A stretch of 64,000 nucleotides of DNA from Clostridia bacterium (GCA_046952735.1 JBKUJR010000009.1:4747-68746); one strand, 5' to 3'. Numbered from the stretch's first letter, positions 50,568 to 60,184 are shown. Program-made: numbers and translations. Notes: a model not told the origin generated them from the sequence alone.

Positions 50568-51656
50568 ATGAAAAAAATTCAAATTTTATTTATTGCTGTC
50601 ATGTTGGCTGCCGGCGCCGCCATTTTGAATTTAAGTGCTGCTTCTATTCAGACAAAGGGGAGCATTGAAGATGATGATGTCGGTACGGTATTGGAAGAAA
50701 CGTTGGATTTTGGCACGTATTGGGAAGCGAAAGCAGGACTTCCGGAATCTTCATATGGTAAGATCGCAGAAGATGAAGAAGGCAAGTATATCGATATCAC
50801 GGGAATCTATTCGTTCATTTCATACGACGAGATTACTTCCCCAAGTGAATTTGCAGTCGATTTGCGGGCCAATGCGCCGCGTGAAAATATTGGCGTGTGT
50901 TTCCGGACAGGTTATGTGTTTAATTTGTATGAATGGGATTTCCATGTTGAAAAAGGAGGTCAAGATGGATTGTCCTCGATCGGCGCAACCGGAATTGTGT
51001 TATCCCCGATAGAAGGCGGTATCCGCTTAACGATTAAGACGCAGGATGATAACAGCACCTGGGGGATTTCCTCTGTATTCCATGATTTTCTGATCGAAGG
51101 AATCGACTATTCCAAATTTGTCCCGCTTCGCTTCAAAGACGATGGTAAAACAACGGAAATCTATGTGAATAATAAGCTCCTTGCTACAGTACATATGGAA
51201 AATGAAGGTGATTATGAATCCGATTATGATACGGAAATTTTTGAATATCTGGATTACACATATTATAAAACCGTTTCAGTGAAAGATGCACAGGGCAGTG
51301 AAGTGCTGAAAACAGAAAAAGCGCGCCTTGTTTCCGAATCCTTTTTTGCAGGTGTTGCCGTCAGAAATACAGAAGCACATTTTAAAAATGTCGAATTGAC
51401 TTTTACGACAGCAAATGCTACAGAAGAACCGCAGCAGACTCCGGAAGAAACGGCCCGGGGAACGGCAGAAACCCCGGCAACAAAAATTCCGGAGAAAGCA
51501 ACTGCAACGGTGACGAAAGCTCCTCTGAACACGCCCGCAGGCGATTCTTCCGGAGAAAATGGCGCCAGTATCGGGACGATTATAGGAATCTCAGCCGGAA
51601 TCGTCGTCATCGGCGCAATCATAATCGTGGTTGTTATTCAGAAAAAAAGGAAGTAA
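50568..51656 (+). CDS. Surface protein, paralogue 2: signal peptide, homologous globular domain, Thr/Pro/Glu linker, C-terminal TM anchor with QKKRK tail
   Basis: Core FAVDLRAN...NLYEWDFHVEKGG...IRLTIKT aligns with paralogue 1. C-terminus IGTIIGISAGIVVIGAIIIVVVIQKKRK. Confidence 0.75.
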   Translation: MKKIQILFIAVMLAAGAAILNLSAASIQTKGSIEDDDVGTVLEETLDFGTYWEAKAGLPESSYGKIAEDEEGKYIDITGIYSFISYDEITSPSEFAVDLRANAPRENIGVCFRTGYVFNLYEWDFHVEKGGQDGLSSIGATGIVLSPIEGGIRLTIKTQDDNSTWGISSVFHDFLIEGIDYSKFVPLRFKDDGKTTEIYVNNKLLATVHMENEGDYESDYDTEIFEYLDYTYYKTVSVKDAQGSEVLKTEKARLVSESFFAGVAVRNTEAHFKNVELTFTTANATEEPQQTPEETARGTAETPATKIPEKATATVTKAPLNTPAGDSSGENGASIGTIIGISAGIVVIGAIIIVVVIQKKRK

Positions 51657-51659
51657 CAT

Positions 51660-53489
51660 ATGAAAAAATATATCGTATTTACTATGTTGATGCTTTTGAT
51701 TGGAGTGTGTGGAATTATGAACGGCTGCAAAGATCCCGATAAGCTTCCGGATATGGAAGACGGTAAAAGGCTTCTTGTAAAAGATGAAATGAGCAAATAT
51801 AAAATCGTAATTTCCGACAAAGCGGAAGCCGCAGAAATAACGGCGGCAAATGAACTTAAAAAGTACATCAAATCGATGTCGGGATGCAATATGAAGATTA
51901 CGAATGATACGACGGAACATGGGAAATACGAAATCGTAATCGGCCGTACCGCCAGAAGCGAAGCATACGAGGGCTTTGACTGGGAATGGATGGGAGAAGA
52001 AGGTTATACAATTAGATGGAAGGATGATATGCTTGTAATTGCAGGCGGCAGCGGGCGGGGAACGCTTTATGCTGTTTATGGATTTTTAGAAGCCCTGGGC
52101 TGCAGATTCTTTGCCCCGGATTGCGAAACCATACCGTCTCTTGAAACCATCCGAATCGAAACGGATTTCAATGACAGACAGAGACCGGCTTTTTCTTTCC
52201 GGGATGTATTTTGGGCATGTGCTTTTGACGAAGCGTGGAGTGTAAAGCAACGTGTTAATAGCTGTTTTAATCTTTTTAACAGGACGCTGGGACGTTCTAT
52301 TTCACCGGAGTGGGGCGGTGGAATTTCCAATGCCGGACCGCAGCATGTGCATAATTTTGAGATGCTGGTGCCGGTGCAGGAATATTTCGACAGCCATCCT
52401 GAATATTTTTCTGAAATTAACGGGAAGCGCACATCGGAATTTCTTTACAGCCAGCTTTGCCTGACGAACGAAGATGTATTGGAAATTGTTGTCAATAAAA
52501 TCAGAGATTGGCTGCGGGAAAATCCGGAATCAAGAGTTGTCCCGATTTCCCAAAATGACAGCTATGTCATCGAATCCTATTGTACTTGTAAGGAATGCAA
52601 AAAAATAAACAGGCAGGAGCGGTCTAATGCCGGTACGTTAATCCGTTTCGTCAATTTGGTAGCGGAATCCCTGAAAGAAGAATTTCCAAATGTGATCTTC
52701 GAAACGCTTGCTTATCAATTTTCTGCGTTGCCGCCGAGAAATATTAAGCCTGCGGACAATGTCGTTGTCCGGTATTGTATCAGCAGCTGCGCGCCGCATG
52801 CGCTAACGGAATGCCCGGCAAACGCGTCGGCACGGACGAATATAGAAAAGTGGCTAGACGCCGGATACCGTTTATACGTATGGGACTATACGACGAATTT
52901 TGCCCAATATCTCTGTCCGATGCCGAATATGGAACGCCTTCAGAAAAATGCGCAATATTTCTATGAAAGTGGTATCATAGGCGTTTTCGAACAGGGAAAT
53001 TATCAAGATCCCGTCAGCGGTGAATTTGGCATGCTGCGGTCTTATCTTCTTGCAAAACTTTTATGGGATCCGTATACAGACATTGAGACACATAAACAGG
53101 AATTCCTAAAAGCTTATTACGGAGCAGGCGGCGACAAGGTCGGAGCGTATCTGGATATACTCCATAAAATAGTGCTGGAAAATAATCGTGATTTTAACCT
53201 TGTTTCCAATGCCGCCGATATATTTAAGGGATTGATTTCAGATGAAATGCTGGAACAGATGGATCAATTGTGGGAAGAGGCAATTTCAGCCGTAAAGGAA
53301 GATGAAACGGCTCTTCTGCATGTGCAGCGTTCCGAGCTTCAATTCAGATATTATAAGATGATGTCGAAACGTGGAGAATTCTCTGACGCAGATACTTATG
53401 AAAATATGGTTTCAGAATTCACTCGGGATTGTGGGAAGCGCGGCGTATCCTATTTCAACGAAGGAAATCCGATTCCCTGGAATAATTAA
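51660..53489 (+). CDS. DUF4838-like lipoprotein (GH20/alpha-glucuronidase-related fold; putative glycosidase)
   Basis: Lipobox IMNGC. GTLYAVYGFLEALGCRFFAPD is the hallmark stretch I associate with DUF4838. It starts 3 nt after paralogue 2. Confidence 0.55.
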   Translation: MKKYIVFTMLMLLIGVCGIMNGCKDPDKLPDMEDGKRLLVKDEMSKYKIVISDKAEAAEITAANELKKYIKSMSGCNMKITNDTTEHGKYEIVIGRTARSEAYEGFDWEWMGEEGYTIRWKDDMLVIAGGSGRGTLYAVYGFLEALGCRFFAPDCETIPSLETIRIETDFNDRQRPAFSFRDVFWACAFDEAWSVKQRVNSCFNLFNRTLGRSISPEWGGGISNAGPQHVHNFEMLVPVQEYFDSHPEYFSEINGKRTSEFLYSQLCLTNEDVLEIVVNKIRDWLRENPESRVVPISQNDSYVIESYCTCKECKKINRQERSNAGTLIRFVNLVAESLKEEFPNVIFETLAYQFSALPPRNIKPADNVVVRYCISSCAPHALTECPANASARTNIEKWLDAGYRLYVWDYTTNFAQYLCPMPNMERLQKNAQYFYESGIIGVFEQGNYQDPVSGEFGMLRSYLLAKLLWDPYTDIETHKQEFLKAYYGAGGDKVGAYLDILHKIVLENNRDFNLVSNAADIFKGLISDEMLEQMDQLWEEAISAVKEDETALLHVQRSELQFRYYKMMSKRGEFSDADTYENMVSEFTRDCGKRGVSYFNEGNPIPWNN

Positions 53490-53532
53490 TACAAAATATG
53501 TTGCTAAAACTTAGGGGTTTGCCAGCAGTCTG

Positions 53533-53564
53533 AGGCCGTCTATATAAATCGACGGCCTTTTATT
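53533..53564 (+). terminator. Intrinsic terminator after the island's last gene
   Basis: AGGCCGTC-tatataaatc-GACGGCCT followed by TTTATT. Confidence 0.65.
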
Positions 53565-53895
53565 ATGCCTGTTTATGAGTATTGTGGTAGATAAATTGAC
53601 AGAAGATGAGTTTAAACGTCCTCAATAACAATCATTTCGATCGCGCTGCGCTCTTTTTTCTGTTATTTTATGAAACGACGCTTGCGGGACGATGAAGTGA
53701 AATCATATTTTTATCTTTTCTCCAACAGAGAATTTAGAAGAGAAATTCATTGGCGAAGCGCGAAAACACCATTGTCATCCCAATCATCTAAAAACCGGTT
53801 CACAATGGCGTTTTCGTTTTCTCTTGCTTTATGCGGATTTTTTGACTATATCCATGACGTATGGATAAAAAGCCGATTCCGTTGGATTTGCAGGC

Positions 53896-56511
53896 TCATG
53901 GAAGCTCTGTGTTTGAAAATTTTTCCATCATCTGATAAAGCCGCTCCGGATCGATCGGTTTTGCGATGTGCCCGTTCATACCGGCCTCGCTCGCCCTCAT
54001 AACATCCTCGTGGAACGCGTTTGCGGTCATGGCGATAATAGGAATCGTTTTTGCTTTCAAATGATCGGATTTCCGGATGGCCTGCGTAGCCTCATATCCG
54101 TTCATTATAGGCATCTGCACATCCATTAAGATCAGATCATAATGATCCCCGTTGGTGAGGAACGATTCCAGCGCCTCCTGTCCGTTGGTCGCGCAGGAGA
54201 CCTCCATGTCAACCATCTTCAATAATTCTATGGCGATTTCCCGATTGAGCGCATTATCTTCTACCAGTAACACCCTGCACCCGGAAAGGGCGGGGCGCGC
54301 GCGGTTTTCTTCTTTATGAGACCGGAGCGTTTTTTCGATGCCTGTTACGGAAAGCAAGGTGTTATAGAGCGTGGAAGCGAAAATAGGCTTTGAAAGAAAT
54401 GCGTTTGCCCCGGCTTTCCGGGCATTCTGTTCGATGGCGCTCCAATCATAGGCAGTTATAATAATAATGGTAGTGTCTGGCCCTACAAACTCTCGAACGC
54501 GCCTGGTCACTTCGATCCCATCCATATCCGGCATTTTCCAGTCGATGAGGCATACGTCATACGCTTCTCCGCCTTTGTGCGCATTCAGCACCTCTTCCAC
54601 ACATTCTGCGCCGGTCAGCACCCAATGCGATACGATTCCCAGGTTTTCCAGAAGCAGAGAGGTGTGGATACAACTGTCCCGATCGTCGTCGGCAACGATC
54701 ACCTTTAACGATTCCAGTCCCTGCTGATTTCGCAAAGAAATTTGCTCCGCTGTTTCGGCGATATCGAAATCCAATTCTACGGTAAAGGAGCTTCCTTTCC
54801 CGCACTCGCTCTTTGCCGAAATCGTACCGCCCATCAGCGTGACGAGATTTTTGGAAATCGACAGGCCCAGACCTGTGCCGTTGTATGTACGGTTTGTGGA
54901 AACATTTTCCTGCTCGAAGGGCAGAAAGAGGCGTTCCATAAATTCTTCACGCATGCCAACGCCGGTGTCGCTGACTGTAAAACGCAGGCGCACACGCCCG
55001 TTTTTCTTTTGCAATTGCCGGATTTCCAAGCGAATAGAGCCGCCGCTTGGCGTGAATTTAAGAGCGTTGGAAAGAAGATTCAGCAGGATCTGATTGAGCC
55101 GCAGAGAATCTCCCGCCAAAACGGTATCGGTAAGATCTACAAGAGGAATGGTAAAGGTTAGTCCTTTTTCTGCGGCCTGCGGATAAATGATCGATGTAAT
55201 GGACTCCGCCACGCTTTCTAAATTGAACGTTTCGTGTGCGATCGTCATTTTTCCTTCATCGATCTTGGACATATCCAATACGTCGTTGATGAGCGTCATT
55301 AAATGCTTAGAGGAATAACCGATTTTCTCCAGACAGTCTTCCACCCGCTTCCGGTCTTCTATGTAAGCGGCAGCAATGGTCGTCATGCCGATGATCGCGT
55401 TCATAGGGGTGCGGATTTCATGACTCATACGGGATAGGAAATTCTGTTTTGCGGCATTTGCGTTCTGCGCGTTCACAAGAGCGTCTTTCAGCGCCTGCTC
55501 TCTGCGCCGCTCTTCCGTCTGATCGGAAATTGAAATAATATAGCGGTCTGCCTTCTGGCCGATGATTTCCGGGAAGCTTTGAAACCGCACCCAGCCGATT
55601 TCTCCGGAAGGGACGCGCATCCGCAAATCACATCTTTTACAAACCGGTGCGCTCGTAGCCTGCATGAATTCCGTAAAATCAGCTCGATTCTCTTCTGCGA
55701 TCTGTTCTGCCAGTATGTCCGGATTCTGTAAGAAAGCGTTCTCTTCGATCCCCAGGACGCGTTTGATATTGGAACTTACATACTCTAACTTATTTTTTTC
55801 CTGATTGAATATCAGAAAAACCTCGTTTACATTCGTTGAGAGAATATCGAACAAATGCTCCCGATAACGAATTGCCCGCGTGCTTTTCCGCTCGCGCCAG
55901 AAGACGACAAGGAAATAAGCAGGCAGGAAGACCGTAAGCAGCGCAGCGGAGATAATGGCATTTTTCGCCATATCCTCTGATTTTTGTTCCAGCCCCTGAA
56001 CTTTGTTGTCCGCAAAAGAGATGATTTTCGTAAGAGCGGCATCCACCGCATCATATTTTGGGTAAAGATATTTTTCTACATATTGTGCGGTTTCCTCCCG
56101 ATCCATGGGAAGGACCAGAGGAAGCGCTTCATTCTGCGTTTTCTCCAGATCCTGCATCGCTGCGAGGAGTTCGCTGGAATCTGCATCGGATCCAAAATAT
56201 CGGTCTGTAATGACTTTTATGGAATCGTATTGCATGGAATACCGTTCATTGAGCAGCTGCTGTATATCCTCCGCATCATGATTGGGTTCGGAAATGAAAT
56301 CGAGCAGGAAGCTCCGCATGTCCAACAGGCGGGAGCGCATGGCCCGGCTTTCATTGGAAACGGTATAAGGATGATCATAGATCATCGACGCTGTCCGGGA
56401 CATTTGATACGTCGAGAATATGCTGAATCCGGAAAGGCAGATCGCAAGCAGACAGACAAGCGCCATGCCGATCTCCGTAAGTTTTTTTCTTTTGTTTCGA
56501 TATTCCATCAT
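53896..56511 (-). CDS. Hybrid sensor histidine kinase with two C-terminal receiver domains
   Basis: Start MMEYRNKRKK (RBS AAGGGAG). One TM flanking a helical sensor region, a second TM, and a PAS-like region. HisKA SHEIRTPMN. HATPase GTGLGLSI. REC1 VADDD...IDWKMPDMDG. REC2 VEDN...MDVQMPIMNG. Confidence 0.85.
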   Translation of the reverse strand: MMEYRNKRKKLTEIGMALVCLLAICLSGFSIFSTYQMSRTASMIYDHPYTVSNESRAMRSRLLDMRSFLLDFISEPNHDAEDIQQLLNERYSMQYDSIKVITDRYFGSDADSSELLAAMQDLEKTQNEALPLVLPMDREETAQYVEKYLYPKYDAVDAALTKIISFADNKVQGLEQKSEDMAKNAIISAALLTVFLPAYFLVVFWRERKSTRAIRYREHLFDILSTNVNEVFLIFNQEKNKLEYVSSNIKRVLGIEENAFLQNPDILAEQIAEENRADFTEFMQATSAPVCKRCDLRMRVPSGEIGWVRFQSFPEIIGQKADRYIISISDQTEERRREQALKDALVNAQNANAAKQNFLSRMSHEIRTPMNAIIGMTTIAAAYIEDRKRVEDCLEKIGYSSKHLMTLINDVLDMSKIDEGKMTIAHETFNLESVAESITSIIYPQAAEKGLTFTIPLVDLTDTVLAGDSLRLNQILLNLLSNALKFTPSGGSIRLEIRQLQKKNGRVRLRFTVSDTGVGMREEFMERLFLPFEQENVSTNRTYNGTGLGLSISKNLVTLMGGTISAKSECGKGSSFTVELDFDIAETAEQISLRNQQGLESLKVIVADDDRDSCIHTSLLLENLGIVSHWVLTGAECVEEVLNAHKGGEAYDVCLIDWKMPDMDGIEVTRRVREFVGPDTTIIIITAYDWSAIEQNARKAGANAFLSKPIFASTLYNTLLSVTGIEKTLRSHKEENRARPALSGCRVLLVEDNALNREIAIELLKMVDMEVSCATNGQEALESFLTNGDHYDLILMDVQMPIMNGYEATQAIRKSDHLKAKTIPIIAMTANAFHEDVMRASEAGMNGHIAKPIDPERLYQMMEKFSNTELP

Positions 56512-56577
56512 TTTACTCCCTTCGCGCAATACCATGAACGGCTCCCGTACGATTTCCGTATTATTTCTGTTTGATTT

Positions 56578-59499
56578 CTAATGAAAAAATTTCTTCTCAA
56601 ATTCTTCTGCAGGGATAGGCCGCCCAAGCAGATATCCCTGGATATAGCTAAGAGACATGGGACGTACCGCTTCGAATTCATCCTCAGTCTCTACGCCTTC
56701 CAGGCACGTATCGATGCCGAGCACACTGCACAGCTCGACGACCAGATGCAAAAAAGCATTGTCGAACGGACTGGATTGGATATCTTTTACAAAGGTACGA
56801 TCGATCTTTGCGATATCGATCGGCGCCTGCTTCAAAATGCCAAGCGAGGAATAGCCGGTACCAAAATCGTCCATTGCGATCCGAATTCCACAGTGACGGA
56901 TCCCCACGAGCTGCTGCGCGATCCTCGTCATATTAGAAGCAAGATAACTTTCTGTTAATTCCAGAATGATATGTTTGGGATCGACGCCTGCCTTCCGCAC
57001 CGCGTCTGTCATGAACGCATAAAAACCTTCGTCTTCCAGCTGTATATAGGAAAGGTTGATGCCCATCTCGAAATCAGGCATTTGTTTTTCCCATCGCGCG
57101 CACGTCCGGAGAACTTCTTCCAAAATCCAGCGGCCGACAGGTAAAATCAATCTGCTTTGCTCGAGAAGGGGAATGAATTCATCGGGAGCGACTGCCCCGT
57201 ATTTGTCACAACGCCATCGTGCCAGGGCTTCGGCGCCTGTCAATTTACGGGACGCACTGAAAATCGGCTGGTATACCATCTGGAATCCTGTAAATCCCTG
57301 TTCGATGCTTTCCCGCAGCAGCTCGGTCAGTTCAAGTCTCCGGCGGCGGTTCGTCACGATCTCATCCGTGTAATACTCCATACGGTTTTTGCCGCGCGAC
57401 TTGGCGTAATCGAGGGCATAGGATGCACAGCGGGCGAGATCGGGATAAGTGATTCCGTCCTCCGGAGCAAACGCGCAGCCGCCCGACAGCGTACAATAGA
57501 ACTTCTTGCCGTCGAATATCTGCTGCGCATCAAAAGTATCTCGTATCAGATAAAAAAGCTGATCCGCTGCGGTTCTGGCGTTGCCGCGGAGAAGAATCGC
57601 GAATTCATCGCCATCCATCCGATAAACGGCAGCATTGGGCGGCAGCAGGGAACGCAGACGCTGCGCCGTAATACGAAGCACCTCGTCGCCGAACACACGG
57701 TCATAAAGCGAATTGATCCGTTTCAGCCCATCGACACCGAGCAGTATAAAAGTCAGCGGCTGCGGCGCGGCAGTGTCCAGCATATGCAGAACATCGTTTT
57801 CTAATTCAAATTTATTATATAATCCCGTCAAAGAATCGATTTTATTCTTCTTGCCGAGATCTGTAATAAATCCGGCGAATAATATCGGTTCTCCGTTTTG
57901 ATCACGCTCTACATGCCCCCGGCAGCGCAGCCATACCCATTCGCCATGTATGTTCTGCGCGCGGTATTCTACGCAGTGCGTATCTGTCCGGCCGTCCATA
58001 ATCTCCTGGTTGGATTCCATAAAAATACGCTTGTCGTGCGGATGGACTTTAGCGCCCCAGACTGCGGCGGCATTCGGGACGATTTCGCCCGGCAGTCCGA
58101 ATTCTTGGACCATTGCCGGCGGATAACGGAAAATACCTGTTTTCATATTGCATATATAAACGTAGTCGTCCGTACTTTTCCGCAGCGCATCGTAAAGACG
58201 GTTCGAATCATACGCAAACCGTGCGGCAGTACTGTTTTCCTGCGGCTGAGAGAGGAGCGCTTCAGCACGGCGGATGTGCAGATTGCGTTTTTGCTGGTAC
58301 ATCCGTTCATCTGCGCGCTCCAGTACGTCCCGCAGCGGGATACGTTCCCGTATTTCGACTACACCGTAACAAAATGCATCTCCCGCGGGGAAATTTTCGG
58401 GGCGTTCTTTCTCAAAATCGGCAAGCGCCTTCTGCATACGTGCCGCAGCGTCAGCCTGCGTGACTCCGGGCATTACGACGACGAATTCATCGCCGCTCAG
58501 GCGCATAAGATATTCGCGGCCTTTCAGCAAACGGCGGATCGTGGCGGATATTTGGGCGAGCAGCGCGTCGCCGGCAGCGTGCCCGTACAGATCGTTGATC
58601 GTTTTCAACCCATTGATATCGAGCATGCAAACGCATAGCGGTTCCTCTGCCGAATCGATTTTGCCGAGCAGCCGGGAAAGCGCTTCCTTACCGGCCAGAC
58701 GGCTGAGCGCGCCGGTCAGTTCGTCTGTCATGGCTGCTTTATAAAGCCGGCGTGTTTCGGTTACATCCGTAGAGTGCTGGAAATGTACGAGCCGGCCGTC
58801 TGTCCATTTCATTAAACTATCGTAATTTTCATAAATCCGTCCCGTTATGGGGTTTTGTTCTTCCCATACATAAGAGGGGATGCTTTGGTCTTTTATCAGC
58901 ATCCGTACGGGACAGAAATTACATCTGCCTTCCTGTCCTTTCTGAAGCACCTTCCAGCAGAGCTGCCCTTCCGGCGCCTCTATGCCGAAAACGCGTTTCA
59001 TAGACCGGTTCATAAATAAAATTTCATCTGTTTCAGGATCGGTTACGTAGATGCAGGCATGCGTACTGTCCATCATCTGATTCCAGACCCAATTCTGCAC
59101 CGAGGCGTCGCGCCTGTCTCGTTCGGCGCGCAAAGCATACGTATAAACAGCGGCGATGCTTTTTAGAAGCGTGTGCTCGGCCTCCTCCCATGCGCCGCTG
59201 CTTCGTTCAAAGCAAATTGCGCCGAAGGATTCTCCTTCCGGAGAAGAAAGCCGAACGAGAAAGAGAGGATCGTTCCGCCTGCATGTAACGTTTGCATCGC
59301 GGATTTGTTCCCGGAGCGCCTCACGGACGGCCTCCGAAATTTCTTCTCCCTCCGGGTATGTCAGAAAGACGCCGTCCTCTTCTCCCTGCAGCGTGAAAAA
59401 CATATCGATCCGTCTAAGACCCTGCACCGCATGCATCGCAAATTTTCCAAGATTGTTAAATTCCAATATAAATGGGGAAAGCCCTTCCCTTGCTTCCAT
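56578..59499 (-). CDS. Multidomain c-di-GMP protein: sensor/PAS - GGDEF(SGDEF) - PAS - degenerate GGDEF(DGDEF) - EAL
   Basis: I move the start to MEAREGLSPF (59499). It has AAAGGAG 9 nt upstream and a TGATATAAT extended -10, and the coat-operon terminator overlaps the longer track ORF. Motifs: RLSGDEFVVV, RMDGDEFAIL, EALARW, DDFGTGYSS, EGVE. Confidence 0.8.
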   Translation of the reverse strand: MEAREGLSPFILEFNNLGKFAMHAVQGLRRIDMFFTLQGEEDGVFLTYPEGEEISEAVREALREQIRDANVTCRRNDPLFLVRLSSPEGESFGAICFERSSGAWEEAEHTLLKSIAAVYTYALRAERDRRDASVQNWVWNQMMDSTHACIYVTDPETDEILFMNRSMKRVFGIEAPEGQLCWKVLQKGQEGRCNFCPVRMLIKDQSIPSYVWEEQNPITGRIYENYDSLMKWTDGRLVHFQHSTDVTETRRLYKAAMTDELTGALSRLAGKEALSRLLGKIDSAEEPLCVCMLDINGLKTINDLYGHAAGDALLAQISATIRRLLKGREYLMRLSGDEFVVVMPGVTQADAAARMQKALADFEKERPENFPAGDAFCYGVVEIRERIPLRDVLERADERMYQQKRNLHIRRAEALLSQPQENSTAARFAYDSNRLYDALRKSTDDYVYICNMKTGIFRYPPAMVQEFGLPGEIVPNAAAVWGAKVHPHDKRIFMESNQEIMDGRTDTHCVEYRAQNIHGEWVWLRCRGHVERDQNGEPILFAGFITDLGKKNKIDSLTGLYNKFELENDVLHMLDTAAPQPLTFILLGVDGLKRINSLYDRVFGDEVLRITAQRLRSLLPPNAAVYRMDGDEFAILLRGNARTAADQLFYLIRDTFDAQQIFDGKKFYCTLSGGCAFAPEDGITYPDLARCASYALDYAKSRGKNRMEYYTDEIVTNRRRRLELTELLRESIEQGFTGFQMVYQPIFSASRKLTGAEALARWRCDKYGAVAPDEFIPLLEQSRLILPVGRWILEEVLRTCARWEKQMPDFEMGINLSYIQLEDEGFYAFMTDAVRKAGVDPKHIILELTESYLASNMTRIAQQLVGIRHCGIRIAMDDFGTGYSSLGILKQAPIDIAKIDRTFVKDIQSSPFDNAFLHLVVELCSVLGIDTCLEGVETEDEFEAVRPMSLSYIQGYLLGRPIPAEEFEKKFFH

Positions 59500-59654
59500 C
59501 TGCCGCGTCTCCTTTGCACGTGCTGTCAACCTTTTTATTATATCATGTATTTCCTTTATGTGCCGAAAGATTTTTTTTGAATCCTTCTGGTGAAAATGAG
59601 ATGCGATCTTCCGATCGGATTTTTGACAAGCCTTGCTTTTCAATAGGATAAAGC

Positions 59655-59690
59655 AAAAACCGCACAGTCCGTTTCACCGGACCGCGCGGT
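59655..59690 (-). terminator. Intrinsic terminator of the coat-protein operon (minus strand)
   Basis: The minus-strand RNA forms ACCGCGCGGUCCG-gugaaa-CGGACUGUGCGGU (two G-U pairs) followed by UUUUU. Confidence 0.7.
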
Positions 59691-59739
59691 CGTATGTGCC
59701 TGTATTACGCTCAGGCAAGCAAAGCTTTCTTCAGGAGCG

Positions 59740-59991
59740 TCATTGCCCGCTGAATTTTTGTTTTGCAGCATTGATTTTCTGCTGTTCCGCCTGCTGCATC
59801 GGATACCAGCCCTTCTGCGACATCTTTTTGTAGATCTCATTTTGCATACTAAGCGTATCGTTGAATGCCTGCGTAAACGCACAATGCACATTCGCGGTCG
59901 AAGATTCGATCGCCCCGTGCATCATCAAATCGCATGCGCCTTTCGTCGTGGATAAGATATTATCCATAATCACTTTATCGTCCATTGCCAT
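59740..59991 (-). CDS. Spore coat protein, CotF-like
   Basis: 83 aa. DKVIMDNILSTTKGACDLMMHGAIESSTANVHCAF...LSMQNEIYKKMSQKGWYP matches the Coat F pattern. Confidence 0.75.
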   Translation of the reverse strand: MAMDDKVIMDNILSTTKGACDLMMHGAIESSTANVHCAFTQAFNDTLSMQNEIYKKMSQKGWYPMQQAEQQKINAAKQKFSGQ

Positions 59992-59998
59992 TCTCCTT

Positions 59999-60184
59999 TC
60001 AGTTGCTGCCCAATAAGCTGTAAAAACGGTTGAAATTCTGCTGGTGCTTATTGCAAAGCTCCTGTACGAAGCCTTTCAGCTCCGCATCCTGCAGCTGGTT
60101 TGCAAAATCGGTGCATGCCTGCTTCATCTGCTGTTCATGCCCGAGCGCATCTTCAATATAAAGAAGTTCCTTTGGTGACATCAT
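59999..60184 (-). CDS. Small helical protein co-transcribed with CotF-like gene (coat-associated, unnamed)
   Basis: 61 aa, 7 nt upstream of the CotF-like gene. RBS AAGGAGGAA. Confidence 0.55.
   Translation of the reverse strand: MMSPKELLYIEDALGHEQQMKQACTDFANQLQDAELKGFVQELCNKHQQNFNRFYSLLGSN

Larger units (their letters stand above)
44110..53565. other. Low-GC accessory (glycan-utilisation-type) island abutting tRNA-Leu; no integrase seen
   Basis: Hand counts of 60-nt lines give about 28-42% GC inside the island, versus about 57-62% in the flanking redox operon and kinase genes. Confidence 0.45.

Noticed and set aside
53670-54002. 110-aa plus-strand ORF at the island border
   Set aside because: Its 3' third overlaps the C-terminal receiver domain of the kinase gene on the other strand. 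It has no RBS and low-complexity composition.
55984-58638. Plus-strand ORFs 55984..56574, 57157..57804 and 57898..58638
   Set aside because: They are antisense to the hybrid kinase and GGDEF-EAL genes, whose domain motifs are unambiguous.
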